A DNA stretch of 64,000 nt from Bacteroidia bacterium. Its GTDB lineage: Bacteria; Bacteroidota; Bacteroidia; M30B66. Position numbers and translations under genes: made by a program. The stretch covers positions 3,360,001 through 3,424,000 of the forward strand of contig OZ257142.1 in NCBI GenBank assembly GCA_965279035.1. Direction: 5' to 3'. Below the pieces are notes generated by a model. That model did no database searches. It was given only the letters and a program-made list of their open reading frames with translations, and had not been told where the DNA came from. This document shows positions 18,848 through 29,711 of the stretch, one piece after another; the first letter of the stretch is position 1, and every line of letters starts with the position of its first letter.

Positions 18848-20242
18848 CAGTACTGTCCGGTTAAAATTGAGATTGCATGATTTACCTTCTGTAGTTGCAG
18901 TAAATGCGGGTGTTGATGGTATTTATTTAAAATAAAGCCCCCTATGGAGGGAACAATGGCAGTTGAAAGGATTTAATTTGATTTCTAATTAGCGATTTTT
19001 CAGGATTGATGAGGAATTCAAAAAGGTTGATATAGGTCATCAAATGTAGCCTGACCATGGCTGCAAGATTTGAAAACGACCAGTTTTTACCAGCTCTTGC
19101 TTTGACAATTTTTAAGACAAGGTCAGCGATCAGGGCACACCAGATTTGGATTTTGATCGCATTTTCGCTCTCTCCAAGGAAGCTTTGCATCGGATAGTTC
19201 TGTTTGATACGCTTAAATAGCGATTCGATCTGCCAACGATTTTTATAAAACAGTGCGATTGAGGAGGGTTTGAATTGATTGTTATTGGTTATGAATTCAA
19301 ATATCCTCTTCGATTTTTTGTCCTCATATTTTATAAGACGTGCCTTCACTCGTGTATTGTTATTGTGCTTGGTGTGGCCCATTTCTATAATCTGGTCGAG
19401 CAAAATTCCGTTCTGCTTTTCCTTGTCTGAAATTTTCTTTTCCCGCAGGACTTTGATCACGGTGTTGTTTCGTAATCGGGTCACCCATGTGACATTTTCT
19501 TCCGAGAAACGGTTGTATTGCTTGTAATCATTATAACCACGATCAAACACCACAATGGACCCACGTTGCAGGTGTATGTTCTGCAGAAATGGGCTGTCGG
19601 CTCCAGCTCCAGCAGAGAACCTTATCAAGCAAGGCACGTCTTGATCACTCCTCATTAAAGTATGCACCTTAATACCGCCTTTGCGCTTACCATCGGCGGG
19701 ATTACGACCGGCATTTTTCAAAACTTCCTGAAACAACTGAATCGTTGTCGAGTCAACAATATAAAGCCGGGATGCGATTTTACTTCGGCTGTCCGGTAAA
19801 AAATGCTTGTATCGGTCATAAAGCCAGTAGTAAATATCTTCAAAGACATCGGCTGGTCGACTGGTATTTGCATCTGAAATCGTGCTCCTTCTGGGAAAGT
19901 AGTTGATTCCTAAATGCTGTATCCTGCCTTCCCAGGCAAGTAGGCCTGAGGTCACTTCTCGGATACCTGTACACCGATTAAAGATTGCGTAAAGCATCGT
20001 TACTAGGTGCGTATAAGTCCTGAAGTTCTTATAATACCTATCAGCGTTATGCTCATCAGCTATGTCCTTTACTTTCGTCTGAGGCAGATAAGAAAGGAGT
20101 TGACTGTAAATCGGCTGTCCGGTAAAATATTTACTTTTACTCATGATTATTTTGGTGTGTCGTAACTCAAAAATAATCACAAAAGGAGTGATCGAAATGG
20201 TCGCTCCTTTTTTCTGATTTAAACTTTAACCGGACAGTACTG
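18848..20242 (-). mobile_element. IS4-family insertion sequence, copy 2 (1395 bp)
   Basis: Same terminal repeats as copy 1; 9-bp target duplication ATTCGTAAT at 18839-18847 and 20243-20251. Confidence 0.96.
18942..20144 (-). CDS. IS4-family DDE transposase
   Basis: Translation identical to copy 1 in the ORF track. Confidence 0.95.
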   Translation of the reverse strand: MSKSKYFTGQPIYSQLLSYLPQTKVKDIADEHNADRYYKNFRTYTHLVTMLYAIFNRCTGIREVTSGLLAWEGRIQHLGINYFPRRSTISDANTSRPADVFEDIYYWLYDRYKHFLPDSRSKIASRLYIVDSTTIQLFQEVLKNAGRNPADGKRKGGIKVHTLMRSDQDVPCLIRFSAGAGADSPFLQNIHLQRGSIVVFDRGYNDYKQYNRFSEENVTWVTRLRNNTVIKVLREKKISDKEKQNGILLDQIIEMGHTKHNNNTRVKARLIKYEDKKSKRIFEFITNNNQFKPSSIALFYKNRWQIESLFKRIKQNYPMQSFLGESENAIKIQIWCALIADLVLKIVKARAGKNWSFSNLAAMVRLHLMTYINLFEFLINPEKSLIRNQIKSFQLPLFPP

Positions 20243-20293
20243 ATTCGTAATTCATAATTCGTATATCGTAATCCGTAATCCGTAATCCGTAAT

Positions 20294-20686
20294 TCATTCC
20301 ACTTTCTTCTCCGAATCTTCCCCAAACCATTCTTCGATATCGCGGCGTTCTTTTTTAGTTGGGCGGCCAGTGCCGCGATCGCGCCAGACGAAACGGGTTT
20401 CCTTCATCCGATCGATGCTTTTGTATTCGGATTCTGGGGTGAGATCTTCCATGTATAGGCTTACATCTTTGGCTGCTACACGGTTCTCGAGAAGTGCTTT
20501 TACACGAATGGTTTTCTGAATTTGGGAAAGTTGAATGGTATATTTCTCCCCTTCTTTCACATCACGGGCTGGTTTTACATTATCGCCTTCGAGTTTTACT
20601 TTGCCACCTTTGATTGCATCAATCGCCGTCGAACGAGTCTTGAAAATCCGAACTGCCCAAAGGTATTTATCAATCCGAACTCCCAT
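20294..20686 (-). CDS. hslR: S4-domain ribosome-associated heat shock protein Hsp15
   Basis: RIDKYLWAVRIFKTRS, GRPTKKERR. Confidence 0.9.
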   Translation of the reverse strand: MGVRIDKYLWAVRIFKTRSTAIDAIKGGKVKLEGDNVKPARDVKEGEKYTIQLSQIQKTIRVKALLENRVAAKDVSLYMEDLTPESEYKSIDRMKETRFVWRDRGTGRPTKKERRDIEEWFGEDSEKKVE

Positions 20687-22176
20687 TAGTTGTATCTACG
20701 TACTTTCCAGGCCGATTTGCTCGTTGTTACAACAGGTGCTAATGCTGGAATTACGCTCACTTGATTTTCACGATCCCAAGCAGCAAATAAAGCAGCAACT
20801 TCCAATTCATCTGCACTTGCTGGTCGCTCGAGCAATTCAGGTTTGAAATAATGCTTCACGAAATTCGTATCGAAATTCCCAGAAACAAAGGCTTCGTGTT
20901 GAAGCGCAAAGCGGCAAAACGAAAGGGTTGTTTCGATTCCTGCAATTTGGTAATCATCAATGGCACGAATCATCTTAGCAATCGCTGCTTCCCGATTTTC
21001 TGCATGAACGATTAGTTTGCTAATCATCGGATCGTAATAGATTGGAATATCCATTCCTTCCTCAAATCCACCATCTACGCGAACTCCATTACCAATAGGA
21101 AGTTGATAAACAGAAAGATTTCCAATATCGGGAAGGAAATTATTTGCAGGATCTTCGGCATACACGCGGACTTCGAGCGCATGTCCATTGATGGTTAGTT
21201 CATCTTGAGTGAAACTTAATTTCTCACCACGAGCTACTTGAATTTGTTCTTTGACTAAATCTTTCCCAGAGATTAATTCCGTAACCGGATGTTCTACTTG
21301 AAGTCGGGTATTCATTTCTAGAAAATAAAAGTTGAGTTTATCATCCACTAAAAACTCAACTGTTCCTGCCCCCACATAATCACAAGCTTTTGCTACTAGA
21401 ACGGCACATTCGCCCATCGCTTTTCGCAATTCGGGACTTAATATAGAAGAAGGAGCTTCTTCAATCACCTTTTGGTGGCGACGTTGGATGCTACATTCGC
21501 GTTCGAATAAATACACACAGTTTCCATGTGTATCGGCCATTACTTGAATTTCGATGTGACGAGGAGAAGTCACGAAACGCTCGATAAATACAGAACCATC
21601 ACCAAATGCAGAAGTAGCTTCAGAAATAGCTAATTGGAGTTGTTCGTTGAACTCAGCGCTATTTTCTACGATACGCATTCCCTTACCACCGCCACCTGCT
21701 GAGGCTTTGATTAAGATTGGGAATCCGATTTCTTCGGCAATTTTACGTGCGGCATCTACATCCGAAATGGCTTCTTCGGTGCCTGGAACGAGCGGAATAT
21801 TATAGGCTTTTGCAGCCGCTTTTGCAGCTAGTTTTGAACCCATCATTTCCATTGCTTCAGGTGATGGACCGATAAAAGTGATACCAGCTTCCTTCACGGC
21901 TCGAGCAAATCCAGCATTCTCGGAAAGAAATCCGTAACCAGGATGAATGCCATCAACACCTAATTCCCGACATACTTCCAAAATTTTATCACCCCGTAAA
22001 TAGGATTGACTGGAAGCTGGCGGACCAATGCAAACCGCTTCATCGGCGTATCGAACATGTGGAGCATTACGATCGGCTTCAGAGAAAACCGCAACTGTTT
22101 GAATTCCCATTTCGCGTGCAGAACGCATGACACGCAGGGCAATTTCGCCCCGATTGGCTACGAGTATCTTTTTCAA
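20686..22176 (-). CDS. accC: Biotin carboxylase subunit of acetyl/propionyl-CoA carboxylase
   Basis: ILVANRGEIA, HPGYGFLSEN, GGGGKGMR, ERECSIQRRHQK, EMNTRLQVEH; acyl-CoA specificity not determinable. Confidence 0.9.
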   Translation of the reverse strand: MKKILVANRGEIALRVMRSAREMGIQTVAVFSEADRNAPHVRYADEAVCIGPPASSQSYLRGDKILEVCRELGVDGIHPGYGFLSENAGFARAVKEAGITFIGPSPEAMEMMGSKLAAKAAAKAYNIPLVPGTEEAISDVDAARKIAEEIGFPILIKASAGGGGKGMRIVENSAEFNEQLQLAISEATSAFGDGSVFIERFVTSPRHIEIQVMADTHGNCVYLFERECSIQRRHQKVIEEAPSSILSPELRKAMGECAVLVAKACDYVGAGTVEFLVDDKLNFYFLEMNTRLQVEHPVTELISGKDLVKEQIQVARGEKLSFTQDELTINGHALEVRVYAEDPANNFLPDIGNLSVYQLPIGNGVRVDGGFEEGMDIPIYYDPMISKLIVHAENREAAIAKMIRAIDDYQIAGIETTLSFCRFALQHEAFVSGNFDTNFVKHYFKPELLERPASADELEVAALFAAWDRENQVSVIPALAPVVTTSKSAWKVRRYN

Positions 22177-25115
22177 TGTACTAAAGCGCTTGTGTGAATG
22201 ATTTTATGATGAGATTGTTCGCCTTTTACAAAAACAGAAAGTATGTAAACTCCTGCGGGATATTCTTTCATATCAATAATTCCAGAGGAAACTACTGTGC
22301 TAGAAATGAGCTTACGTCCTGATGCATCGAATAATGTACAAAGTGCCGATTCAGGTGAATTTAACTTAATTTTTAATTCGTGTTCCACCGGATTAGGATA
22401 AATACTCAAATTCGAATTGGCAAGTTGTTCCAACCCATCAATAATAATGTGCATCGTACTTGAAGCAGTACATCCGTTAGGAGAAGTTACTATACAGGTA
22501 TAATCTCCACTTTCGGTCGGAGTCCAATGATAGGTATTTGAATTAGGAAGTGTCACACCATTAAACAACCACTGAAATGAACCTACTGCTCCAGTTGAAA
22601 TTGTTCCTGAACCATAAAACAACAAAGGTGCTGAAGGAGATTCTTGAACATTGATGAATGATTGTAAATCAAGTGTGTCGGAATAAAGACTATTGGATGC
22701 AATTAGTTGCACATTATAAAGTCCAGCAGCCGAATAAAGAACGATTGGATTTACATCATTAGAAACATAAGGTAAAGCACCCGGGAAACTCCAAGAATAA
22801 GAAGTTGCATTGGTACTTGCATTATTAAATTGTATCGGTCGATTGGTACAGAATTGCATAAAACCCAATGTAAATGCCGCTTCAGGTTGAATAATGATCG
22901 GTGTTGAACAAATACCAGAAACACGCACATTATCTACATAAATATTATTTCCACCTGCGTTATATGATTCAAATTTTGCACGAAGCGAAGGAGCACCATC
23001 CCATGTAGAAAGATCTAAATTAAAACAGTCAGGACCAATGGTTGAGGCTATGCACCAATTGATGTTGGAAGTAGGAACAAAGTTCGATGTTGTTGTATTT
23101 CCTGTAGCAAAAGATCCTTGACCATTTTCGGCCAATGAGGCTAAGCGGATCCAATTTGCTCCTTGATCGGTAGAAATTGAAATAATTAAAGAATCTCTTA
23201 CGGAAGTAACACGTCGGCGGTGTGCATGCTCAAAATACAAGGAATTTCCGGTAGTGTTTGCTAGTGAAAATTCCGGGCTAATCATCGCATCGCGTTGTCC
23301 AATCAAGGTTTGATTATCGAAAATTTCAATTTCCGCTGCATGCGTTCCGGGACTTGTTCCCCCAACAGAACTCAATGTCCAGGTGTTCACATTGTCGGGA
23401 TTTTCGAGCGTCCAACCAGAAGCACTTAATGAAGAACCTTCGAATGTTTCATTGAAAACGATGCGTGTACTTGTGTTATTGACATCCACGTATGACGGGA
23501 TTTCCAATGTGTCGCTTCCATAATTGTTGAAAGCAATGAGTTGAACAGGATAAACACCAATGGTATTATAGACTACTGTTGGAGATTCAAGTGTGGAAGA
23601 ACTTGGTGTTCCGCCAGGGAAATTCCATAAAAAGCTATTGGCATTCGAAGTAGTTTGATTTTGGTAAGTCACCGATAAACCGGGACAACCATTTCGAGAA
23701 ACTTGTGGAGCAGAAAAGGACGCACTCGGAGGAGCAGTTGTATCACAGATAAACGTTTGAACTTGCTGCAATGCACCCAATAAATTCAATCGGCGACTTC
23801 CTGCAACCTGATTGTTTAAAGAGCTGAGTTGTTCTGCACCATTGAGGAGATAATCGCGCATTAAAAGAGCAACAGAACCAGGATTACTTTTCGATTCGGC
23901 AATTAATTCCTGACAAGCAGCGCCATACATCAGTCCAATTGCTCCAGCAACGTGCGGCGTTGCCATGGAAGTTCCAGTTAGATTGGCATAATTGGAATTA
24001 GTTACTGTTGAATAGATTGCAGTACCAGGAGAAGCGATATCAATCGAAACAACACCATATCCGGCATTGGTATACTTCACATCAGTATTGGTTGAATTCG
24101 TAACAGCGATAAGGAATTGAGAAACACAAGCTGTAGGAATATCACCCGTTTGATCGATGTTAAAATTTGCATTGGCGGTAGCACCTGCATTGAGAATTCC
24201 ATGAGTTCCAAGCGTATCGTAAAACGAACACCAAATTGGATAATCGGCAGGATTGCCTTGATCAACACCAAAAGAGGCATTGGTAGATACCACATAAGCG
24301 CCTTTTACACCATTAGTTTCGTCATATAAAATGCGCATTTCTGCTGCATAAGCATAAGCAGCTACAACAGTAGCTTCATCACCAGATGAACCAGCTATAG
24401 GAAGGATTTTGGCAGCCCAGTTTACTCCTGAAATTCCGATAATATTATTTCCTCTTGCCCCGATAATACCCGAAACGTGTGTCCCGTGTTGATCAGATGG
24501 AATTGTACCATTGTTATCATAAGCGTTCCAGCCATTTACATCATCTACATATCCATTTCCATCATCATCAATTGAGTTCCCAGGAATTTCCAAATGATTG
24601 ACAAAAATATTCTGCACTAAATCGGGATGATTCAATTGAAATCCACCATCAATAACAGCTACAACAATCGTATCACCTGAAGAAGTTAATCCACCTGTAG
24701 TAATATCCCAAGCATCCTCGGCTTGTATATCTGCACCAGCAGTACCACCCGATTGAGCAGTATTATTTAATGACCATTGTTGGGTGAAAGAAGGATCATT
24801 GGGAACGGTTGATCGAAGCTGAACTTGGTGATTATGTTGAGCTAAAACTACTTTTGGATCTTTACTTAGGTAGTTTAATTTTTCATCATCGTTTCCGGGC
24901 AAACTGGTAAAAAGCCAAATATGAAAACGAGCTGACAAAAGTCGAGAGGCTTTCATTTCCCATTCGGGATGATTGATTGCCAAATTACGTTCAATCAGAG
25001 CAGCAGAATGTTTCCCTTTAAGTTGAACTAGAAATTCACCGGGAATATTATTCGACTGGGCATTTACGAGATTGAGTAAAAGTCCGAAAAAGAGTAAAAA
25101 TAGAATTCGCTTCAT
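22173..25115 (-). CDS. S8 subtilisin-family protease with PKD domains and T9SS C-terminal domain
   Basis: VAVIDGG, HGTHVSG, GTSMATPHVAG triad; WNFPGG/WSFPGA PKD motifs; IYPNP...GVYIL. Confidence 0.92.
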   Translation of the reverse strand: MKRILFLLFFGLLLNLVNAQSNNIPGEFLVQLKGKHSAALIERNLAINHPEWEMKASRLLSARFHIWLFTSLPGNDDEKLNYLSKDPKVVLAQHNHQVQLRSTVPNDPSFTQQWSLNNTAQSGGTAGADIQAEDAWDITTGGLTSSGDTIVVAVIDGGFQLNHPDLVQNIFVNHLEIPGNSIDDDGNGYVDDVNGWNAYDNNGTIPSDQHGTHVSGIIGARGNNIIGISGVNWAAKILPIAGSSGDEATVVAAYAYAAEMRILYDETNGVKGAYVVSTNASFGVDQGNPADYPIWCSFYDTLGTHGILNAGATANANFNIDQTGDIPTACVSQFLIAVTNSTNTDVKYTNAGYGVVSIDIASPGTAIYSTVTNSNYANLTGTSMATPHVAGAIGLMYGAACQELIAESKSNPGSVALLMRDYLLNGAEQLSSLNNQVAGSRRLNLLGALQQVQTFICDTTAPPSASFSAPQVSRNGCPGLSVTYQNQTTSNANSFLWNFPGGTPSSSTLESPTVVYNTIGVYPVQLIAFNNYGSDTLEIPSYVDVNNTSTRIVFNETFEGSSLSASGWTLENPDNVNTWTLSSVGGTSPGTHAAEIEIFDNQTLIGQRDAMISPEFSLANTTGNSLYFEHAHRRRVTSVRDSLIISISTDQGANWIRLASLAENGQGSFATGNTTTSNFVPTSNINWCIASTIGPDCFNLDLSTWDGAPSLRAKFESYNAGGNNIYVDNVRVSGICSTPIIIQPEAAFTLGFMQFCTNRPIQFNNASTNATSYSWSFPGALPYVSNDVNPIVLYSAAGLYNVQLIASNSLYSDTLDLQSFINVQESPSAPLLFYGSGTISTGAVGSFQWLFNGVTLPNSNTYHWTPTESGDYTCIVTSPNGCTASSTMHIIIDGLEQLANSNLSIYPNPVEHELKIKLNSPESALCTLFDASGRKLISSTVVSSGIIDMKEYPAGVYILSVFVKGEQSHHKIIHTSALVH

Positions 25116-25163
25116 GAGATGGTTTGATGTGGCAAGTTACCAAAGAAAACGCCTTGTAGAAAC

Positions 25164-25189
25164 AAAAAAAGGCGCACAAAGGCGCCTTT
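25164..25189 (-). terminator. Intrinsic terminator after sucC
   Basis: A7-GGCGC-loop-GCGCC-TTT. Confidence 0.7.
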
Positions 25190-25207
25190 CTGAGTAAATT
25201 TTAATGT

Positions 25208-26398
25208 TTAGGAAAGAACTTCTTTTACGCTATCGGCAGCTTCTTGAAGAAGGATTGCAGATTTAACGCGTAATCCAGAATCATCGATGATTTTTTTCGC
25301 TTCAACTGCATTGGTGCCTTGAAGACGAACGATGATGGGAACACGAATTTCTCCGATGTTTTTGTATGCATCTACAATTCCTTGTGCAACTCGATCGCAA
25401 CGAACAATTCCACCAAAAATATTTACCAGAATCGCTTTCACATTTTCATCTTTAAGGATGATACGGAAAGCTTGTTCTACACGAGCAGCATCGGCAGTTC
25501 CGCCCACATCGAGGAAATTAGCAGGATCGCCTCCAGCTAATTTGATAATGTCCATCGTTGCCATTGCCAAACCAGCTCCGTTTACCATGCAACCAATGTT
25601 TCCATCGAGTTTCACATAGTTCAGGTTGTGTTCACCAGCTTCTACTTCTGTAGGATCTTCTTCGGTTGTATCGCGCATCTCGAGAATATCGGGATGGCGA
25701 AACAATCCGTTTTCATCCAAATTCACTTTGGCATCCACAGCGATGATTTTGCTGTCGGACGTTTTCAATACAGGATTAATCTCGAATTGAGATGCATCGA
25801 TCGAATCGTATGCTTTGTATAATGAAGAAACAAACTTCACCATTTGCTTATTCGATTCGCCCGTCAAACCTAAATTATAGGCAATTTTTCTAGCTTGAAA
25901 GCCTTGTAAACCCACGCGTGGATCGATTTCTTCTTTCAGGATTTTCTCAGGAGTGCTATGAGCAACTTCTTCGATATCCATTCCTCCTTCGGTAGTATAG
26001 ATAATGATGTTACGACCAGTTTGACGATCTAACAAAACGCTCATGTAAAACTCCTTGGTTGGTTCAGCACCAGGATAATAAACATCTTGAGCAACAAGCA
26101 CTTTGCGAACAAACTTCCCTTCAGGACCTGTTTGAGGAGTAACGAGTGTCATTCCTAAAATCTGATCGGAGATGGATTTTACCTCGTCTAAACTTTTAGC
26201 CAATTTCACTCCACCACCTTTCCCACGGCCACCAGCATGGATTTGGGCTTTGATAACCCACCATCCGGTTCCGGTTTGCTGTTGAAGTAATTTGGCGGCT
26301 TCAACCGCTTCCTCAGGAGTTTCGGCAACTATACCCTCCTGAATACCAACGCCAAAGCGTTTAAGAATAGATTTTCCTTGGTATTCGTGAATGTTCAT
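25208..26398 (-). CDS. sucC: Succinyl-CoA synthetase beta subunit
   Basis: MNIHEYQGK, KAQIHAGGRGKGGGVK, NGAGLAMATMD, NIFGGIVRCD. Confidence 0.98.
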   Translation of the reverse strand: MNIHEYQGKSILKRFGVGIQEGIVAETPEEAVEAAKLLQQQTGTGWWVIKAQIHAGGRGKGGGVKLAKSLDEVKSISDQILGMTLVTPQTGPEGKFVRKVLVAQDVYYPGAEPTKEFYMSVLLDRQTGRNIIIYTTEGGMDIEEVAHSTPEKILKEEIDPRVGLQGFQARKIAYNLGLTGESNKQMVKFVSSLYKAYDSIDASQFEINPVLKTSDSKIIAVDAKVNLDENGLFRHPDILEMRDTTEEDPTEVEAGEHNLNYVKLDGNIGCMVNGAGLAMATMDIIKLAGGDPANFLDVGGTADAARVEQAFRIILKDENVKAILVNIFGGIVRCDRVAQGIVDAYKNIGEIRVPIIVRLQGTNAVEAKKIIDDSGLRVKSAILLQEAADSVKEVLS

Positions 26399-26584
26399 GT
26401 GTGCTTGAATTTGCTGGCAAAAGTAGTTGATTTAATGAAGTATGAAACAGGAAAAGAAGCTCTTTTCATTCAGTGTGTATCAAGCTAGTTGCTAACACTT
26501 ATGTGTGAATACAATTTCTTTGTAACTATTATTTAGAAATACTCGTTTGGGGCTACATTAGTGTTTCACAAACCACACAAATCC

Positions 26585-27148
26585 ATGTACCGAGAATCTA
26601 CCACCTCGGCACAGGAATCAGTCCTTATTTCACAACGCATCTTGGGGAAAACGATGCATATGTGGATGGACATTCTCTGTGCACAAAAAATTCAACCACC
26701 AACCAAACAAAAACTCATTCAATTCCTCTCTACGAACTATATGATGTATGAGAGCGATGCAGAAATGCTTGCTCGTCAGTACCTCATGTTAAACGCGAGT
26801 GAATCAGGGTCTACATATCCTGATGGACATGAGATAACAGTAACGCGTACGTTTCCGGTTGGAATGCATGTTTTAGAAAGTTACTTTACCGAACAAGGGC
26901 TTCGGGGAGAACATTTAAAACTTGAAATGCAGCTAATACGCTACAATCCAGGTAAAAACATCCGTTTCCAATTAGAAAATGATGAAGTACTACTTGCCAA
27001 TTTTAACGGAAAGAGTGCAGGAAAATGTCAGGTAACGCTTCAACATACTAAATTAGCCGACGCAGCAAGAGCCGAAGAGATGCGCACATTCTGGAAAGAA
27101 TGTCTGCAAGAGCTTTCGGAGCTGTTTAACGGCTATGATAAGCGCTAA
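26585..27148 (+). CDS. Hypothetical protein with SRPBCC/START-like C-terminal domain
   Basis: [10 protein letters not shown]...[10 protein letters not shown]...MRTFWKECL pattern; ATG 26585 preferred. Confidence 0.55.
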   Translation: MYRESTTSAQESVLISQRILGKTMHMWMDILCAQKIQPPTKQKLIQFLSTNYMMYESDAEMLARQYLMLNASESGSTYPDGHEITVTRTFPVGMHVLESYFTEQGLRGEHLKLEMQLIRYNPGKNIRFQLENDEVLLANFNGKSAGKCQVTLQHTKLADAARAEEMRTFWKECLQELSELFNGYDKR

Positions 27149-27797
27149 ATCCATTACCAAATCATTTGGTGGACTACAGGTCCTTAAAGGAGTTGATTTT
27201 GAAATCAACACAGGAGAAATTGTGTCTATAGTTGGAGCTTCGGGCGCTGGAAAGACAACGTTTCTTCAAATTTTAGGCACTTTAGATCGACCGGATTCGG
27301 GTGAATTGGATTTTGATGGAGAGAAGCCAACTGGTTTAAATGATCGAAAATTATCGGCATTTCGAAACCTGCATATTGGATTTATTTTTCAGTTTCATCA
27401 ATTATTGCCCGAGTTTACCGCTTTAGAAAATGTGATGATTCCGGGAATGATTGCAGGTAAATCTCGTCCCGATTTAGAAAAAAGAGCCAAAGAGCTACTC
27501 GAGCAATTGGGTTTGAATGATCGTTTAGATTCTAAACCTTCTACCCTTTCGGGGGGAGAACAGCAGCGAGTTGCTGTTGCTCGCGCATTAATGAATTCCC
27601 CTAAATTACTTCTAGCCGACGAACCCAGTGGAAATTTAGATTCGAAAAATGCCAAAGAATTACATGATTTATTTTTCGAACTCCGCAAAAATCTAGGACA
27701 AACAATCGTCATCGTTACACATAACGAAGAATTAGCGCGCATGGCAGATCGCAGACTCGTGATGGTTGATGGAAGATTTCAACAGCTTGGTGAATAA
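27135..27797 (+). CDS. lolD: LolD-like ABC transporter ATP-binding protein
   Basis: [38 protein letters not shown]. Confidence 0.8.
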   Translation: MISAKSITKSFGGLQVLKGVDFEINTGEIVSIVGASGAGKTTFLQILGTLDRPDSGELDFDGEKPTGLNDRKLSAFRNLHIGFIFQFHQLLPEFTALENVMIPGMIAGKSRPDLEKRAKELLEQLGLNDRLDSKPSTLSGGEQQRVAVARALMNSPKLLLADEPSGNLDSKNAKELHDLFFELRKNLGQTIVIVTHNEELARMADRRLVMVDGRFQQLGE

Positions 27798-27917
27798 GTT
27801 TCAGCTCAATTTTCAGCTCTGTACAAACAATTGTGGCAATGTGCCCAATTGATTGAGAACAGATCCTTTTATTATTGCCATTCGTTCCGGGCTTCGTTCC
27901 ATCTTAAAAAAGATGTG

Positions 27918-29711
27918 ATGTCAACAGCCCTTTATACCGAATCTGCAGGAGCGGTCTTGCATACCCATTTTGGATATTCTGAATTTCGTCCATTACAGGA
28001 AGAAATCATCCAGACAGTTTGTAATCAAGATGATTGCCTTGTTTTGATGCCAACTGGTGGAGGGAAATCACTGTGTTTTCAAGTGCCTGCCTTGATGAAA
28101 GAAGGAACTGCCTTGGTCATTTCTCCCTTGTTGTCTTTAATGAAAGATCAAGTTGATTCTTTAAAAGCCAATGGGATTTTAGCGGAAACATGGAATAGTG
28201 GAACATCACCCGAAGAGGAATTTGAGATCATTCAAGATTGTCGTCATGGGAAATTGAAGTTATTGTATATCTCTCCAGAAAGACTTCAAGTGTTGATGGG
28301 AAGTTTTATGAATGAGGTTCAATGGTCCTTGTTTGCTATTGATGAAGCCCATTGTATTTCAAATTGGGGACATGATTTTCGACCTGAATACACCAAACTT
28401 CAAGGCTTAAAAGAACGTTTTCCTCAAGTCCCAATTATTGCACTCACGGCAACTGCCGATTTAACTACACGCGAAGACATTGTGCTTCAATTGGGATTGA
28501 AAAATGCGCAACGATTTATAGCATCTTTCGATCGACCAAACCTTTCATTAGAAGTTCGCGGTGATATGCGAAAGGATTTGCAGGATCAAGAAATTGTCAG
28601 TTTTATTCGCCAACGAAAAAATCAGAGTGGAATTATTTATTGCAGCAGTCGAAAAAAAACGGAGATGTTATCCCATTCGTTAAATAGAAGAGGAATTCGA
28701 AGTGAGTTTTATCATGCAGGAATGGTGTATCATGATCGAGTGCGTGTACAAGAGAATTTTTTATACGATAGAACACACGTGATTTGCGCCACCATTGCTT
28801 TTGGGATGGGAATCGATAAATCGGATGTGCGCTATGTGATTCATTATAATTTACCACGCAGCTTAGAAAGCTATTACCAAGAAATTGGTCGTGCTGGGCG
28901 CGATGGTTTACCAGCAGAAACACTCTTGTATTATCATAACAGTGATTTTAGTTTACAAAGAAGATATGCTTTAGAAAGTGGACAAGTTGAATTAAATCTT
29001 TCCAAATTAAATTTGATGAAAGAGTATACCGAAGGAATTGAATGTAGGCGCAAAACGCTGCTTCGGTATTTTCATGAAGCGTATTTAAACGAATGCGGAA
29101 ATTGCGATCGATGTAGGTTAAGCAAAACGAATTATGAGTTTGCAGAAGAAGCCCTTGAACAAAAAAAACCTCAAGGTTTATTAGAACATTTAAGACAGGT
29201 TCGGTTGCAACTAGCTCGACAAGAAAAGCTCCCTGCTTATATTATTTTTCATGAAAGCACTTTGAAGGAAATTGTAGCATTACGCCCAGAACAACTCCAA
29301 GAAATAAGCAAAGTTACCGGTATGAGTGAGAATAAATTCCGGAAATATGGACGTTATTTCTTTCTTGAATCTGCCCAATGGTTTCGAAATAATGGATTTA
29401 GTATTCCAAATGAAACTAGCTTACTTACTTGGCTTTTATTGAGAGAAGGAAAATCACCAAATGAAGTTGCAGAAATTCGTTCTATTGGATTAAGCAGTAT
29501 TTATTATCACGCTGAAATTTTGCATCGAGCAGAATTCAAATTTGATCATTCAGCCTTTTTATCAGCAGAGAAAAAACAAAAGATTGAATCAACACTCGAC
29601 CAGCTGAAATTTCAAGGAAAAAGAAAAAACATTCATGAATTATTTAAAGGTGAGATAAGCCATAATGAAATTTCCTTTTATCTCGATTGCTATGAACAAA
29701 TTAGTGAATAA
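27918..29711 (+). CDS. recQ: RecQ-family DNA helicase with HRDC and C-terminal HTH
   Basis: MPTGGGKS, DEAHC..WGHDFRP, QEIGRAGRDG, CRR...CGNCDRC; ATG 27918 preferred. Confidence 0.92.
   Translation: MSTALYTESAGAVLHTHFGYSEFRPLQEEIIQTVCNQDDCLVLMPTGGGKSLCFQVPALMKEGTALVISPLLSLMKDQVDSLKANGILAETWNSGTSPEEEFEIIQDCRHGKLKLLYISPERLQVLMGSFMNEVQWSLFAIDEAHCISNWGHDFRPEYTKLQGLKERFPQVPIIALTATADLTTREDIVLQLGLKNAQRFIASFDRPNLSLEVRGDMRKDLQDQEIVSFIRQRKNQSGIIYCSSRKKTEMLSHSLNRRGIRSEFYHAGMVYHDRVRVQENFLYDRTHVICATIAFGMGIDKSDVRYVIHYNLPRSLESYYQEIGRAGRDGLPAETLLYYHNSDFSLQRRYALESGQVELNLSKLNLMKEYTEGIECRRKTLLRYFHEAYLNECGNCDRCRLSKTNYEFAEEALEQKKPQGLLEHLRQVRLQLARQEKLPAYIIFHESTLKEIVALRPEQLQEISKVTGMSENKFRKYGRYFFLESAQWFRNNGFSIPNETSLLTWLLLREGKSPNEVAEIRSIGLSSIYYHAEILHRAEFKFDHSAFLSAEKKQKIESTLDQLKFQGKRKNIHELFKGEISHNEISFYLDCYEQISE

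Larger units (their letters stand above)
18817..20293. repeat. Heptamer tandem repeat (AATTCGT/AATCCGT)n split by IS4 copy 2
   Basis: Units at 18817-18847 continue at 20243-20293 up to the stop codon of the S4-domain gene. Confidence 0.85.

Noticed and set aside
9574-20242. Segment acquired as a composite transposon
   Set aside because: Each IS has its own distinct 9-bp target duplication and the enclosed genes include native ribosomal protein genes.
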